This document shows, piece by piece, positions 19,046 through 31,932 of a stretch of 64,000 bases of DNA (its first letter is position 1; each line of letters starts with the position of its first letter). Source of the stretch: Mustelus asterias (Eukaryota); the NCBI RefSeq assembly GCF_964213995.1, contig NW_027590121.1, positions 744,001 through 808,000 of the forward strand, written 5' to 3'. The notes below the pieces were generated by a model. The model saw only the letters and a program-made list of their open reading frames with translations. It ran no database searches and was not told the origin of the DNA. The position numbers were made by a program, and so were the translations under genes.

Positions 19046-22000
19046 AGATGTACACTCGGTCCCCTCCTCCAGATCGTCTATGTATATGGTAAACAGTTGA
19101 GGATCCAGCATCGATCCCTGCAGCACGCCACTAGTCACTAACTGCCAACCAGAAAAGCACCCATTTATTCCGACTCTCTGCTTTCTGTTAGATAGCCAAT
19201 CCTCAATCCACGCTAACACTTTACCCCCAACTCCGTGTACCCTAATCTTCTGCAGCAACCTTTTGTGAGGCACCTTATTGAACACCTTCTGGAAATCCAA
19301 AAACACCACATCCACCGGTTCCCCTCTGTCAACTGCACTCGTTACATCTTCATAAAAATCCAGTAAATTCGTCAAGCACGACTTTCCCTTCATGAATCCA
19401 TGCTGCGTCTGATTGATCGAACCATTTTTTTCCAGGTGTCCTGCTATTTCTTCTTTAATGATGGATTCCAGCATATTTCCCAACTACGGACGTTAAGCTA
19501 ACCAGCCTGTAGTTACCCGCCTTTTGGCTACCTCCTTTTTTAAACAGTGGCGTCACATTAGCTGTTTTCCAATCAGCCGGCACTTCCTCAGAGTCCAGCG
19601 AATTTTGATAAATTACAACCAACGCATCTGCTATTACTTCTGCCATTTCTTTCAGTATCCTGGGATGCATTCCATCCGGGCCCAGGGACTTGTCTACCTT
19701 TAGTCCCATTAGCCTACCAAGCACTACCTCTTTAGTAATAGTGATCGTTTTAAGGACCTCACCCTCTACAGTCCACGACCATCAATTTTCGGTAAGCTAT
19801 TTGTGTCCTCTACCATGAAGACCGACACAAAAAACTTATTTAAGGCCTCGGCCATTTCCTCGTTTCCCATTATTAAATCCCCCTTCTCATCTTCTAAGGG
19901 TCCAACATTTACTTTAGCTACTCTTTTCCTTTTTATATATTTGTAAAAACTTTTACTATCAGTTTTTATATTTTGTGCTAGTTTAGTTTCATAATCTATC
20001 TTTCCTTTCTTTCTCGCTTTCTTAGTAGTTCTTAGTTGTTTTTTTAAAGATTTCCCAATCTTCTAATTCCCCACTAGTTTTGGCCACTCTGTACGCATCG
20101 GTTTTTAATTTAATACTCTCCTTTATTTCCTTAGTTATCCACAGCTGGTTATCCCTTTTCTTACATTCCTTTTTTATCACAGGAATATATTTTGCTGAGA
20201 ACTGAGAAAAATCTCTTTAAAAATCCTCCACTCTTCCTCAACTGTTCCACCAACTAGTCTGCGCTCCCAGTCTACATGAGCCAATTCTGCCCTCATCCTA
20301 TTGTACTCCCCTCTGTTCAAGCAGAGGACACTGGTTTGGGACCCTACTTTCTCTCCCTCCATTTGTATTAGAAATTCAACCATATTGTGATCACTCATTC
20401 CAAGAGGATCCCTCACAAGAAGATCATTAATTTTACCTGTCTCATTACACAGGACCAGATCCAGGATAGCTTGCTCCCTCGTAGGTTCTGTAACATACTG
20501 TTCGAGGAAACTATCCCGACAGCATTCTAAGAACTCTTCCTCAAGTCCACTGCGTCCGACTTGAGTCAACCAATCAATATGCAGGTTAAAATCCCCCATG
20601 ATTATTGCTGTTCTGTTTTTGCTCGCATCCAGTATTTGCTTGTTTATAGCCCGACCCACCTCAAAGTTATTATTTGGGGGCCTATAGACGATGCCCACAA
20701 GTGACTTTCTCCCCTTACTATTCCTTATCTCCACCCACAACGATTCCACATTCTGCTCCTGAAAGCCTATATCGTCTCTCACTACCGCCCTGATGTTATC
20801 CTTAATTAACAGAGCTACCCCACCTCATTTTCCTTCCTGTCTATCCTTCCGAAATGTCTGATACCCCTGGATATTCAGTTCCCAGTCCTGGTCACCCTGC
20901 AACCACGGTTCTGTAATGGCCACTAGATCATACCCATTTGTACTGATTTGTGCCATCAACTCATTCACTTTGTTTTGAATGCTACGTGCATTCAGGTAAA
21001 GTGTCTTTATGCCAGCCTTTATATGGACCCGATTTGTTAGTGCATTCTTTTGATTGCACGCTCTGTCCCTACCTGTCACAAACTGGTTATCCTTCCCCAG
21101 ACCATCTCCTTGCACTGCGTTAACCACCTCCCTTCTTGTGTTTGTCACCTTTTTTACTCTGCCTGAGCCCTTGCCTCCTTTAACTAGATGAATGTCCTCA
21201 TCATCAACCTTCACTTGTACCCTCTCCTTTACCTTTGATTTTGTAATTCCCCATACCCCTGAACCCTCCCCCCCACTATTTAGTTTAAAGCCCTATTTAC
21301 AGCCCTGGTTATACGATTCGCCAGGACTCTGGTCTCAGCACGATTCAGACGAAGACCATCCCAGCGGAACAGGTCCCCTCTTCCCCAATACTGGTGCCAA
21401 TGTCCCATGAATTCAAACCCATTCCTCCCACACCAATCTTTGAGCCACACATTAACCTCCTTAATCTTATTGACCCTGTGCCAATTCGCTTGTGGCTCAG
21501 GTGGTAATCCAGAGATTACCACCTTGTTGGTTCTGCTTTTTAATTTGGCTCCTAGCTTTTCATACTCCCTCTGCAGAACCTCTGTTCCTGTTCTGCCTAT
21601 ATCGTTGGCACCTACGTGGACCACTACAACTGGATTCTTACCCTCCCACTCCAAGTTCCTCTGCAGCCCAGATGAGATATCCTGGACCCGAGCACCAGGC
21701 AGGCAACACAACCTTCGGGATTCTCGATCCTGGTCACAGAGAACAGTATCAATACCCCTAACTACACTATCCCCAATTACCATTACATTTCTTTTTTCTT
21801 CCTCCCCCTGAATGGCTCCCTGTACCACGGTGCTGTGGGCAGTTTGCTTGTCCTCCTTGCAGTCCCCGTTCCCGTCCACACTGGGAGTAAGAATTTCAAA
21901 CCTGTTGTACAGATTCAGGGACTGAGGCTCTTGCAACTCTACCTTCTGGATCCCACTTCCTGCCTCACTCGCAGCCACACCCTCTTGTCCCTGACTCCCG

Positions 22001-22570
22001 GCTGAATTAGTTAGTCTAAGGGGTGTGACTGCCTCCTGAAACACAGTGTCCAGGTAACTCTCCCCCTCCCAGATATGTCGCAGTGTCCGAAGCTCAGGCT
22101 CCAGCTCATCAACCCTGAGCCGGAGTTCCTCAAGCAACCAACACTTCCTGCAGACATGCTCATTGGGAACCACAGTGGGATGCACCAGCTCCCACATCAT
22201 GCAGAAACAACATATCACATGACCCTCCATCACAATTACCTAGTTTAAGTTATTACAAACTAAGAAATAATCCTACCTGCCTCACCCGTTTCCTCCTAAA
22301 CCCGATGAGCCAAAGCCCTTTCGCTCTCATTCTGCTACCTGCTCACTACGCTGCCCGCTAACGACGCTGCCCGCTGGATAGTGCGGCCTGCCTTTTAAAC
22401 TTTACGTGCTAAAAAAACCCTTCCCAGCTCACCACGTGGCCCACTTCCACTTTACTTTTAAAGTAACTTTCTTAACAAAAAACAAACCCTGCAAAAAACT
22501 AAAAATTAGCCAGTCGCTTACCTTCACTCTCCCACCACAAATCAATCCTCCTCTCTGCTTGTTCCGACGA
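19046..22570 (-). mobile_element. CR1 LINE retaining 5' UTR, ORF1 and most of ORF2; 3' end missing; ORF2 frameshifted
   Basis: ORF1 at 21280-22233. APE endonuclease motifs (YLNARSI, AITE, MGDFN, SDHNMV) and RT motifs (GPDGMHP, FLDFQK.F, QGS) are spread over broken ORFs at 18965-21214. Confidence 0.9.
21280..22233 (-). CDS. CR1 ORF1p: zinc finger/leucine zipper + SGNH esterase domain
   Basis: CxxC...CxxC followed by a heptad leucine run; VIGDS, HVGANDIG and DGL(R)LN. The catalytic-loop His is apparently replaced by Arg. Confidence 0.85.
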   Translation of the reverse strand: MMEGHVICCFCMMWELVHPTVVPNEHVCRKCWLLEELRLRVDELEPELRTLRHIWEGESYLDTVFQEAVTPLRLTNSAGSQGQEGVAASEAGSGIQKVELQEPQSLNLYNRFEILTPSVDGNGDCKEDKQTAHSTVVQGAIQGEEEKRNVMVIGDSVVRGIDTVLCDQDRESRRLCCLPGARVQDISSGLQRNLEWEGKNPVVVVHVGANDIGRTGTEVLQREYEKLGAKLKSRTNKVVISGLPPEPQANWHRVNKIKEVNVWLKDWCGRNGFEFMGHWHQYWGRGDLFRWDGLRLNRAETRVLANRITRAVNRALN

Positions 22571-23064
22571 GCAATTCTTACATTAACACTGAAATGAACT
22601 TACTGTGAAAATCCCCTAGTCACCACTCAGGTGCCTGCTCGGGTACACTGAGGGAGAATGTTTAGCATGGCCAATGTTAAATAGCCCACACAACATTTTT
22701 TGGCATTAGTGTGGGGATAAGGTGTTTCTACTGACACACAAAGAAAGTTTTATCAGAACAAACTTTATTTAACAATACAGTTTAGGTGTAACAAATGAAT
22801 TCGGTTAACTTTAACAATTTAAATATTTAAAAATGACAAGATGCAATTCTTAATTGCTAATCTATCTCTATTAGTTCCAATTTAAGCAATATTACATGGC
22901 ACCATGTCAACATACTGAATTTTAAATGTACCCCGAACAAAAAACGTGATTATAAATACATTTCTTCAAGGCACAGGATTGTCACACCTTCCCCTTTATA
23001 AAATGAACCAACAAAATGAAAAGATAGCTTCATTTTTCAAAACCTCTAGCTGCACACTATTTTT

Positions 23065-23361
23065 TAATTGATTAGTGTCACAGATAGGTTTACATTAACA
23101 CTGCAATTAAGTTACTGTGAAAATCCCCTAGTCGCCACATTCTGGCATCTATTTGGGTACACTGAGGGAGAATATCGCACGGCCAATGACAGCTAACCAG
23201 CACGTCATTTGGACTGTGGGAGGAAACCAAAGCACCTGGAAGAAACACACGCAGACACGGGGGAGCGAACGTGCAGACTTCGCACAGACAGTGACCGAAG
23301 CCAGGAATCGAACCCGGGTCCCTGGTGTTGTGAGGCGGCAGTGCTAACCACTGTGCCGCCC
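23065..23361 (-). mobile_element. tRNA-derived V-SINE (HE1-like)
   Basis: A/B-box head GGCGGCACAGTGGTTAGC...GGTTCGATTCC and V-domain core TCTGCGTG..TTTCCTCCCACAGTCC. Confidence 0.8.
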
Positions 23362-23766
23362 TGATTTATCCACCCCAGAGATGCACAGTACAGAAGCAGC
23401 AAAAGTGTCTGCAGAGTCTCGAATTTAACATTCTCAGCCAAAAGGAGCAAGACCTCAAAGTGACCCAAAGGGTTAATAACATCAAACATTGAATTATGTG
23501 TGCCTGTCAGTGCTGGAACTACAACAGGACACAACAGCAGGACTGCGGTCTAAATCCACTTTTCACAATTGACCATTCAAAACATGAAAAGGACGTGGTT
23601 TGTGCGTGTCATGGGTGAGATGCAAAAGACTCCAGACAGTGACTCGAGCCGGGAATTGAACTCGGGTCCCTGAGGCACCAGTGCTAACCATTGTGCCGCC
23701 CAAGAAGTTGTTTACAGGCTTTTTCAACCAGTGTTCCTTGGGCAATATGAATGTAACCTACATGCA

Positions 23767-24085
23767 GGGCGGCACGGTAGCACAGTGGTTTCCACTGGTG
23801 CCTCACAGCACCAGGGACCCGGGTTCAATTCCCGGTTTGGGTCACTGTCTGTACAGAGTCTGTATGTTCTCCCTGTGTCTGCATGGGTTTCCTCCGGGTG
23901 CTCCGGTTTCCTCCCACAGTCCAAAAGACTTGCTGGTTAAGTGAATTGGCCGTGCTAAATTCTTCCACAGTGTCCCCAAACAGGCATCGGACTGTGGCGA
24001 CTCGAGGATTTTCATAGTAACTTCATTGCAGTGTTAATGTAAGCCTACTTGTGACACTAATAAATAAACTTTAACTTTAAACTTA
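23767..24085 (+). mobile_element. tRNA-derived V-SINE (HE1-like)
   Basis: Same head and core; tail CTTCATTGCAGTGTTAATGTAAGCC...AATAAAC. Confidence 0.8.
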
Positions 24086-25426
24086 AGGCCTAACCATGAT
24101 GGGGTCTGGAGGGTCCAGAGCGTCTGGGCTGGGTAAATACACTACTTGATTTCTCATCAATTCACTGGCCGGTTGCCAAGGAACCTTTGGGATATAAGAA
24201 TGCTAACACAAAGGGTTTGTTCAGAGGGTATTGTGAAGAAGCTGGGGCACAAAGCTCACAGGAAGATGACAACACTTGGGAAGAAAAGGAAGGCTGATAC
24301 CATGCCTCAAAACCTTCGTCGGTTTTAATTGCAAGCGGAAATTAACCTCAAGTTAAGTAAAGTAACAGATAATGAATATTTGGTTTTTGCATTGCAAGCG
24401 TTGCGAAGTTGAGTAGAGTAATTGTAGATTGAAAAGTAGGATGTTAGAGTTTGGTGTTAGTACAATTGTAAAATGCTGGGGGAGAAAGCAATGCGTGGTC
24501 CCTGAAAAAGGTGGTGCTTTTTCTGTGCTTAGAGAGTTAAAACAAAAATGCAAGTACATATAGAGAGCCCAAATTGAAACATTTGTATCGAAAGGCCAAG
24601 CAGCACTGTTACCAAGGCAACAGATTATAGAGCGAGGTACTCCTCTTTGAGTGGTTAGGTATTAGTTCTCAGAGAGGGGATCAGCCTCCCCTTCATAACA
24701 CAAGTATTTATGACTTTTTAAGTAGCTACAGAATAAATGAAATTGTGTTTAAGTACCAAATGTCGACTTTGTGTCTTTATTCGCTAGTAGAGGTTAAAAC
24801 ACACAGGTTTGGACTACAACAACACCTTTGGTTTACATTTTTCCTCATTTTTCATTTTCCGCTTTCCAAGCTTCTATTTTTCCTTTTCTCAATGATCCAG
24901 CAGTGATTTCAGAGAAACCTCTTTACCCAGCGAGTGGTGAGAATGTGGAACTCACTACCACAGCGAGTGGTTGAGGTGAACAGCATGAATACATTGAAGG
25001 GGAAGCTAGATACATACATGAGGGAGAGAGGAATAGAAGGATATGCTGATGGGGGGAGATGAAGAGGGGTGGGTGGAGGCTCAGGTGCAGCATAAATACT
25101 GACACAGACCAATTGGGCCGACTGGCCCGGCCCTGTGCTGTAGACTCAATGGAACAATTTTAGATCTATCTGTAGTGGTAGGAAAAACACTATTTACTAT
25201 CCAGGATTAAATAAATGTCCTTCATCAGCTTTTGTGGATCATTTCAATGGAAATGTGCTCTCCCAGGCTCAAAGAGCATCAGCCCACTGGAAGCAAAGCC
25301 ATGAGAGCAGCCAGTCCAGCAGAAAGAAACCCTCCAACCCTCCCACTTCACCAACTGTCAGAATGAACATGGTTCAGTCCTGGATGTAATTAACAGCAGC
25401 AATAACAGCAGAATCCAACCCCATCA

Positions 25427-26017
25427 TCACTTGTGAATTCGCTGGTGTCTCTGCAGGCTGGATAACTGAGTGAATCCCTTCCCACACTGAGAGCAGGTGA
25501 ATGGCCTCTCTCCAGTGTGAACTCGCTGGTGTGTGAGAAGGGTGGATGTTTTACTGAATCCTTTCCCACACACGGAGCAGATAAATGGCCTCTCTCCGCT
25601 GTGAGCTCGCTGGTGTTCCTGCAGTGTGGATGAATGAGTGAATTCCTTCCCACACACATGGCAGGTGAATGGTTTCTCCCCAGTGTGAACTCGCTGGTGT
25701 TCCTGCAGGTTTGATAACCGACTGAATCCCTTCCCGCACTTGGAGCAGGTGACAGGCTTCTCCCCGGTGTGAACCCGCTGGTGATCCTGCAGGGTGGACG
25801 AATGTGTGAATCCCTTCCCACACACACAGCAAGTGTACGGTTTCGCCCCGGTGTGAACTCGCTTGTGTCTCAGCAGGTTGCTTGACTGAGTGAAACATTT
25901 CCTACACTCAGGGCAGGTGAATGGTCTCTCCCCGGTGTGGCTGCGTCGATGGGTTTCCAGCTCAGATGGGCACTGACATGCCTTCCCACAGTCCCCACAT
26001 TTCCACGGTTTCTCCAT
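25427..26017 (-). CDS. Tandem C2H2 zinc-finger protein, 7 fingers
   Basis: MEKPWKC start and seven intact fingers. Exon 2 at 26544-26609 and the exon-1 donor at 27397-27402 are intact. Confidence 0.9.
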   Translation of the reverse strand: MEKPWKCGDCGKACQCPSELETHRRSHTGERPFTCPECRKCFTQSSNLLRHKRVHTGAKPYTCCVCGKGFTHSSTLQDHQRVHTGEKPVTCSKCGKGFSRLSNLQEHQRVHTGEKPFTCHVCGKEFTHSSTLQEHQRAHSGERPFICSVCGKGFSKTSTLLTHQRVHTGERPFTCSQCGKGFTQLSSLQRHQRIHK

Positions 26018-26916
26018 GGTGCGGGTGTCCTTGTGACCCTCCTGGTTAAACAGTCAATTAAATCTCACACAGAACACGGGTCCAGTCTCTCCCCGCTGTG
26101 AATGCTGCGATGCATTTTCAGGCTGTGTAACTGGTTAAAGCTCTTTCCACACTCAGTGCACTGGAACACTGTCACTCGGGTGTGTCTGTGTCTTGGTGTA
26201 TTTCCAGTCACATTTATGTTTAAAAAAATTCTGACGCAGACAGAACATTAAAAGATTTCTCCTTCAAGATTGAAAGGCCAATGATATTCGGGTCCCAATC
26301 AATCAAATGTCTGTCAGATGTTTATGTGACGTTTGATTCGAGATTTCTGTCTATAAATCCCCACCTTCTGATATCCTGCAAAAGGAGATTACAAAAGTCA
26401 TCACAGTCAGTACAGGATAGAAATTCAGAACAGACAATTCTAGTTTCTATGGAACATTCTTTCCTCTCTCATTCCCCAAAAGCTGTAAATCTCCATCCCA
26501 CACACCCTCCCTCCATTCTCACTCTGCTGTATCTAATATTCACCCTCCCAATTCTCCTGAAGGTGCTGATTGAGGCTGATTGACAGATCCATGCTCACGG
26601 CTTCCTGTCCTGGACACAGGGAGCTGAAAATCTCCATGCAGGCTGCCAGACAGATGTCTATAATACTGGATAAAAGTGTAACATACAGGACATTACTTGA
26701 GTAGTGGTAGAGCAGGGATTTGAGGAAGATTTATATTTAGGTAGGGAGAGCACATGATCTAGAACTCGCTGCCTATGAGGATGGTGGAACAGAAGATTCA
26801 ATCATTTCAAAATGAAATTGGATGGGTACTTGAAGGAAATAAAACTTGCAGAGGAATGTTGATAGAGAGATAGAACAGGATTCTACAGAGAATCAATCTG
26901 CAGTCTTTAAGATAAC

Positions 26917-27070
26917 GTGGAGATGTCGGCGTTGGACTGGGGTGGGCACACAACACCAGGTTCATCAGGTGAGTGGCCATTCACCTGATGAAGGAGCAGT
27001 GCTCCGAAAGCTCGTGCGATCAAATAAACCTGTTGGACTTTAACCTGGTATTGTGAGACTTCTTACTGTT
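26917..27070. mobile_element. Short fold-back Penelope derivative with hammerhead motif (26982-27016, +)
   Basis: Centre TTCATCAGGTGAGTGG|CCATTCACCTGATGAA; CAC-CTGATGA-A-GGAGC(AGT)GCTCC-GAAAGCTC-GTG. Confidence 0.75.
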
Positions 27071-27364
27071 TATAAGATGGACAGGTTAAGTTGATTGGCC
27101 ATGCTCAATTGCCACTTCGTGTCCCAGGATGTGTGGGTTGGGGGGGATGAGCAGGTTAAATCCGTCGTACTACTGGGAGAGGGCCTGGGAAGAATGCTCT
27201 GTTGGAGAGTCAGTGCAGACTTCATGGGCCGAAAGGCCTCTTTCTGCACTGTCGGGATTCTGTGACTCGAGTTACTCAATAGACTCCTTCTGTGCGGCAA
27301 TGAGTTTATGACTGGAAATATATAATGTAGCAACAGTAATATATTACACAACTAGAAATAATAA

Positions 27365-28000
27365 GGAATGGAAAGGGGGAGAAAAGAAAGTGTTTTACTC
27401 ACAGATGTTACCGACAGGAAGAAGTTTTAGGTTTTCTGAAGCTCAATCTTCATTCACACAAAGCCCGCGCTCTGATTGGCTGGAGGACCAGAGTCCTTCC
27501 GGTCCTCCAATCTCTTCATTGGTCATGACTTCAAGCATGCAGTTCAGGGGGTGGGCTCTCCTTCGCACATGCGCAGCTTCCCTTTGTCCTTGGACATGCG
27601 CAGTCCCGGGCCGGGAGGAGGGGGAGATCACCGAGCTGCTTCTCTCTCTGGTCGGAGCCGTCAGCCGGTTGCCTGGAAACCTTGGCTGGAGGAGGTTCAG
27701 GGGGAGGGGAACGATGGGTGGAGGCGGGGCTCCCGGGTCCGCGCGCCCGGGCCTGCGCACTGGAACCCGGAGACGTCACCGCGGAGCGCAGCGATTCCTA
27801 CTGGCTGATTCAGGAAGGGCTCTGTTGTGACGTCACAACACGGAAGTTGTCCAATGAGCTTCCGAGTGAAACGTCCTCCTCTGGGAGGAAATCAATGTTT
27901 CCCCCTTTCCATTTCTTTTCTCATTCTGGGGGAAATTGGGGACTTGCAGCAACTGAAGGGAAAGGTATTGAATCCAGTCTGTTTATTTCAGCATTTTTAG
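27365..28000. promoter_or_regulatory. Bidirectional ZNF promoter module (copy 4) between a head-to-head ZNF pair
   Basis: Inverted homologue of 2090-2655: TGACGTCA at ~27828, CCAAT boxes, palindrome at 27481-27509. ZNF genes diverge on both sides. Confidence 0.7.
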
Positions 28001-28048
28001 TCTGGGAGCCTGCATGGAAATTTTCAGCTCTCTGTGTCCAGGACAGGA

Positions 28049-28283
28049 TGTGGAGATGCCGGCGTTGGACTGGGGTGAACACAGTAAGAAGTCTCACAAC
28101 ACCAGGTTAAAGTCCAGCGGGTTTATTTGGTAGCACGAGCCACAAGCTTTCGGAGCGCTGCCCCTTCATCAGGTGAGTGTTCCAGTGCACTCAACTGATG
28201 AAGGGGCAGCGCTCTGGAAGCTTGTGGCTTGTGCTACCAAATAAACCTGTTGGACTTTAACCTGGTGTTGTGAGACTTATTAC
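28049..28283. mobile_element. Palindromic Penelope derivative with two inverted hammerhead motifs
   Basis: Inverted terminal-repeat arms. TGTCCAGGACAGGA is duplicated at 28035-28048 and 28284-28297. The hammerhead core at 28141-28175 (-) is intact. Confidence 0.85.
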
Positions 28284-28865
28284 TGTCCAGGACAGGAAGC
28301 AGTGAGCATGGATCTGTCAATCAGTCTGAATCAGCACCTTCAGGAGAATTGGGAGGGTAAATATTAGATACAGCAGAGTGAGAATAAGGGGAGAATGAAT
28401 GGGATGGAGATTCACAGCTTTTGGGGAATGAGAGAGGAAAGAATGTTCCATAGAAACTAGAATTCTCTGTTCTGAATTTCTATCCTGTACTGACTGATGT
28501 TTTTACAAAAATGTTTCACAGGATATCAGAAGAGGAGGAATCTCAGAGAGAACTCTCGGCTGGGTCACGTCTAGATCTGACAGAATCACTTGATTCCTTG
28601 GGACCTGAATATCGTCAGCATTTGAAACTAAGGGGAGAAATATTTATCAGCTTCAGAAGATTTTGAACATCAGTGCGACTGGAAAAGCACTGACACACTG
28701 ACCCCCAAGTGAGGGTGTTCCAGTGCACTGACTGGAAAGAGCTTTAACCAGTTACACAGCCTGAAAATACATTGCAGCATTCACAGTGAGGAGCGACTGT
28801 GTTCTGTGTGTTGAAAAGGCTTCAACTGGTTGACTGACCTGCAGAGATTCAAGGAGACCTAAAAG

Positions 28866-29372
28866 ATGGAAAAACCATGGAAATGTGGGGACTGTGGGAA
28901 GGGATGGAGGTCACCATCAGAGCTAGAAGCCCATCGGCGCAGCCACACGGGGGAGAGGCCGTTCACCTGCGTTCAGTGTGGGAAGGGATTTACTCAGTTA
29001 TCGAACCTGCAGACCCACCAGCGAGTTCACACCAAGGAAAGACCATTCACCTGCTCTCAGTGTGGGAAGGGATTCACTCATTCATCCAGTCTGCAGAGGC
29101 ACCAGCGAGTTCACACTGGGGAGAGACCGTTCACCTGCTCTGTGTGTGGAACAGGATTCAGTGATTCCAGCACTCTGCGGAGACACCAGTGAGTTCACAC
29201 TGGGGAGAGGCCATTTACCTGCTCAGTATGTGGGAAGGGATTTCGTGTTTCATCTACTCTGCTGAAACACCAGCACATTCATACTGGGGAGAGGCCATTC
29301 ACCTGCTCTGAGTGTGGGAAGGGATTCAGTGTTTTACCCACCCTGCACAGACACCAGCAAGTTCACGAGTGA
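28866..29372 (+). pseudogene. 6-finger ZNF gene with premature stop in finger 4
   Basis: MEKPWKC start. TGA at 29190-29192 replaces the usual CGA of HQRVH. The frame then continues through two more fingers to the family stop at 29370-29372. Confidence 0.85.
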
Positions 29373-31375
29373 TTCCAGGGGTTGGATTCTGCTGTTATTG
29401 TTTCTGCTCTCAATTATACCCAGGACTGCATTTTGTTCATTCTCTCAGTTGGTCAATGGGGAGGGTCGGAGGGTTTCTTTCTGCTGGACTGGCCGGTCTC
29501 ACAACTTTGCCTCCAGTGGGCTGATGCTCTTTGAGCCTTGTTGCGAATACCTGGTTTCAACTTTCACAAGGATCACAGAGTGACAGGTGATATGATGATA
29601 TGAAGTTAAGAGACATTTAGTCAGCATTTTTGTTTGAAACACCCCAAATGCCCATCCAATTTCCTTTGAAATTATTTATTGTCTCCACTTCCTCACCCCT
29701 CCTAGGCAGCGAGTTCCAGGTCATTACCATTCGCTGCATCAAAATATTCTTCCTCACATCCCCCCCCTGCATCTCTGATCCAAAACCTTAAATCTGTGAC
29801 CCCCTCGTCCTTGTCCCATCAGCTAATGGGAACAGCTTTTCTTTGTCCACCTTTTCTAAAACGGCCAGAATCTTGTCCACCTCTATCAAATCTCCCCTCA
29901 ACCTCCTTTGCTCCAAGGGGAACAACCCCAGCCTGACATCAACAATATAAGGAACAAACTAACAGAATATGTTAATACCTGAAATCAAATGGGTATGTTT
30001 AATTTCTGTTTTAAAGATATTGTGAATATATTGTCCTGGACAATAACGGAATTGGGATAACTCACCTTAGGTGTGTTGAATGGAATATATCGATCTGGCA
30101 ACCACCTACATTCTAGTGAAAGTCTGGAATGTGTAGCTGGAAATCCCTCCCTAACAGCACTGTGGGTGTACTTACACCTCAGGCATTGTAGCAGTTCAGG
30201 AAGGCAGTGTTGGGGTTGACCATGGCCGAGGCAGCTACATACAGCCACATATTCTGTTATAATTGAAGGACTGCTGATTGAATGTGAGGCATTATGGGAC
30301 TGGACTATCTTGACCACATTCCTGTGACTGCTCAGTTTCTGCAATCACGGACCATTAAAGCTGCTTAGCAGGGCCCTGACAGAGGACCTGGTGAGAATAT
30401 TTACTCAGAATGAGTTAGAATTAAACTTATTCCAGGATTGGCTGGTGGTCAGCGGCTGAGATTCCCGAATCTGTAAAAAGGGGATCTGACCAATCATCAA
30501 ACAGCAGTCGGTAGTTGGTTCAGAAGTTAAGAAGCGTTCTCAGGCATCATATCAATTATTTTATCATAAATTTGTGAGGGACTTGTGACCTGATAGTCGG
30601 TGAAGTGACGGTATACTCTAAGTAGCACTGGACTGAAAAGCGGATCTCTGAGAGTAGATTCTAATGGTTCTAATCCTACCATTCGATGGAACAAAAACAA
30701 GTTTGAGTTATAATAGAGGAGAATTAAGCACCTTGTATCTTATTTTAATTGAGGAGTTGTGAGCTTGTCGTGCTCTGTCGCTTTAAGAAGCTACAGCTGC
30801 GAGAGAGAATGCTGAGGATTCATTGTTTGAAATTTACGAGCCGTGAGAATCTGTGTGTTTTGTTTGTTTTATGTGGATGTTTGTAGATGTGTTTTATCAT
30901 TGTTTTGGGCTACATTTGTTAAGGTTTATCTTTCTGGGGATTTAATCTTATTTTGAGTCTTTAATTAAAGGTATTTCTGGAAGTTTAAAAACAGGAACAC
31001 AAGAACGCTTTGGGAATTAATTTGGTCATTGTTGTTGTAAAGCACATGCTAAGGTTTCTCTGCTTGTGTGTGGATGATATTTGTGGTTGAAAGCTTCAAG
31101 CTTTGAGGATTTCTGTCTGTGATTTAAATCAAACAAATTTTAAAAACGAAGTGTAATTAATAAAGATTTTTTTTCAAACTCTATGACCATGGAGCCATAT
31201 TTAATGGCCAGAGACCTGATTCCAGGATATTTTACTAAACATGTGGGAATTTTAATCCGGATACAATTCACACATTTAAGAATGAGAGTTTTAATTTGTC
31301 ATGCTTAGTTACAATTTGAGACATGTGAAATGATTCTGACCAATCCTGTACTGGATTGATCTTTGGTTAAACTTC

Positions 31376-31932
31376 CTGTCAGAGTTGAGAGGGTTGGCTT
31401 ATGAGGAGAGACTGAGTGGACTGGGACTATACTCACTGGAATTCAGAAGAATGAGAGGAGCTCTTGTAGAAACATATAAAATTATGAAATATAGTACATA
31501 TAAAATTATGGGAATCGATTGGAAGCAGGGAGGTTGTTTCCACTGGCAGGTGAAACTCAAACTGGGGGGCATCGCCTCAAAATAAGGGGGAGCAGATTTA
31601 GGACTGAATTGAGGAGGAACTTCTTCATCCAAAGTTTGTTTATTTATTATTTATTAATCACAAATAAGGCTTACATTAACACTACAGTGAAGTTACTGTG
31701 AAATTCCCCGAGTTGCCACACTCCGGCGCCTTTTGTGGCATTCCCTGCCAGTGCTTGTTGAATGTTTTTAAGGCAAGGATAGATAAATTCTTGAACAGTA
31801 AAGGAATTAAGGGTTATGGTGAGCGGGCGGGTAAATGAAGCTGAGTCCACGAAATGATCAGCCATGATCTTATTGAATGGCGCAGCAGACTTGAGGGGCC
31901 AGATGGCCTACTCCTGCTCCTAGTTCTTATGT
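31376..31932 (+). mobile_element. CR1 3' fragment interrupted by a SINE tail
   Basis: RGLAYEERL..LGLYSLEFRRMRG motif; SINE-tail sequence at ~31633-31750. Confidence 0.7.

Noticed and set aside
23767-23835. tRNA genes at the A/B-box sequences
   Set aside because: Each is followed by the V-SINE core and tail; these are SINE heads and no full cloverleaf was seen.
24090-24840. Solo LTR-like segments (also ~22680-23030, 30640-31370, 32460-33060)
   Set aside because: The composition is suggestive, but no paired termini, TSD or convincing PBS could be established by eye.
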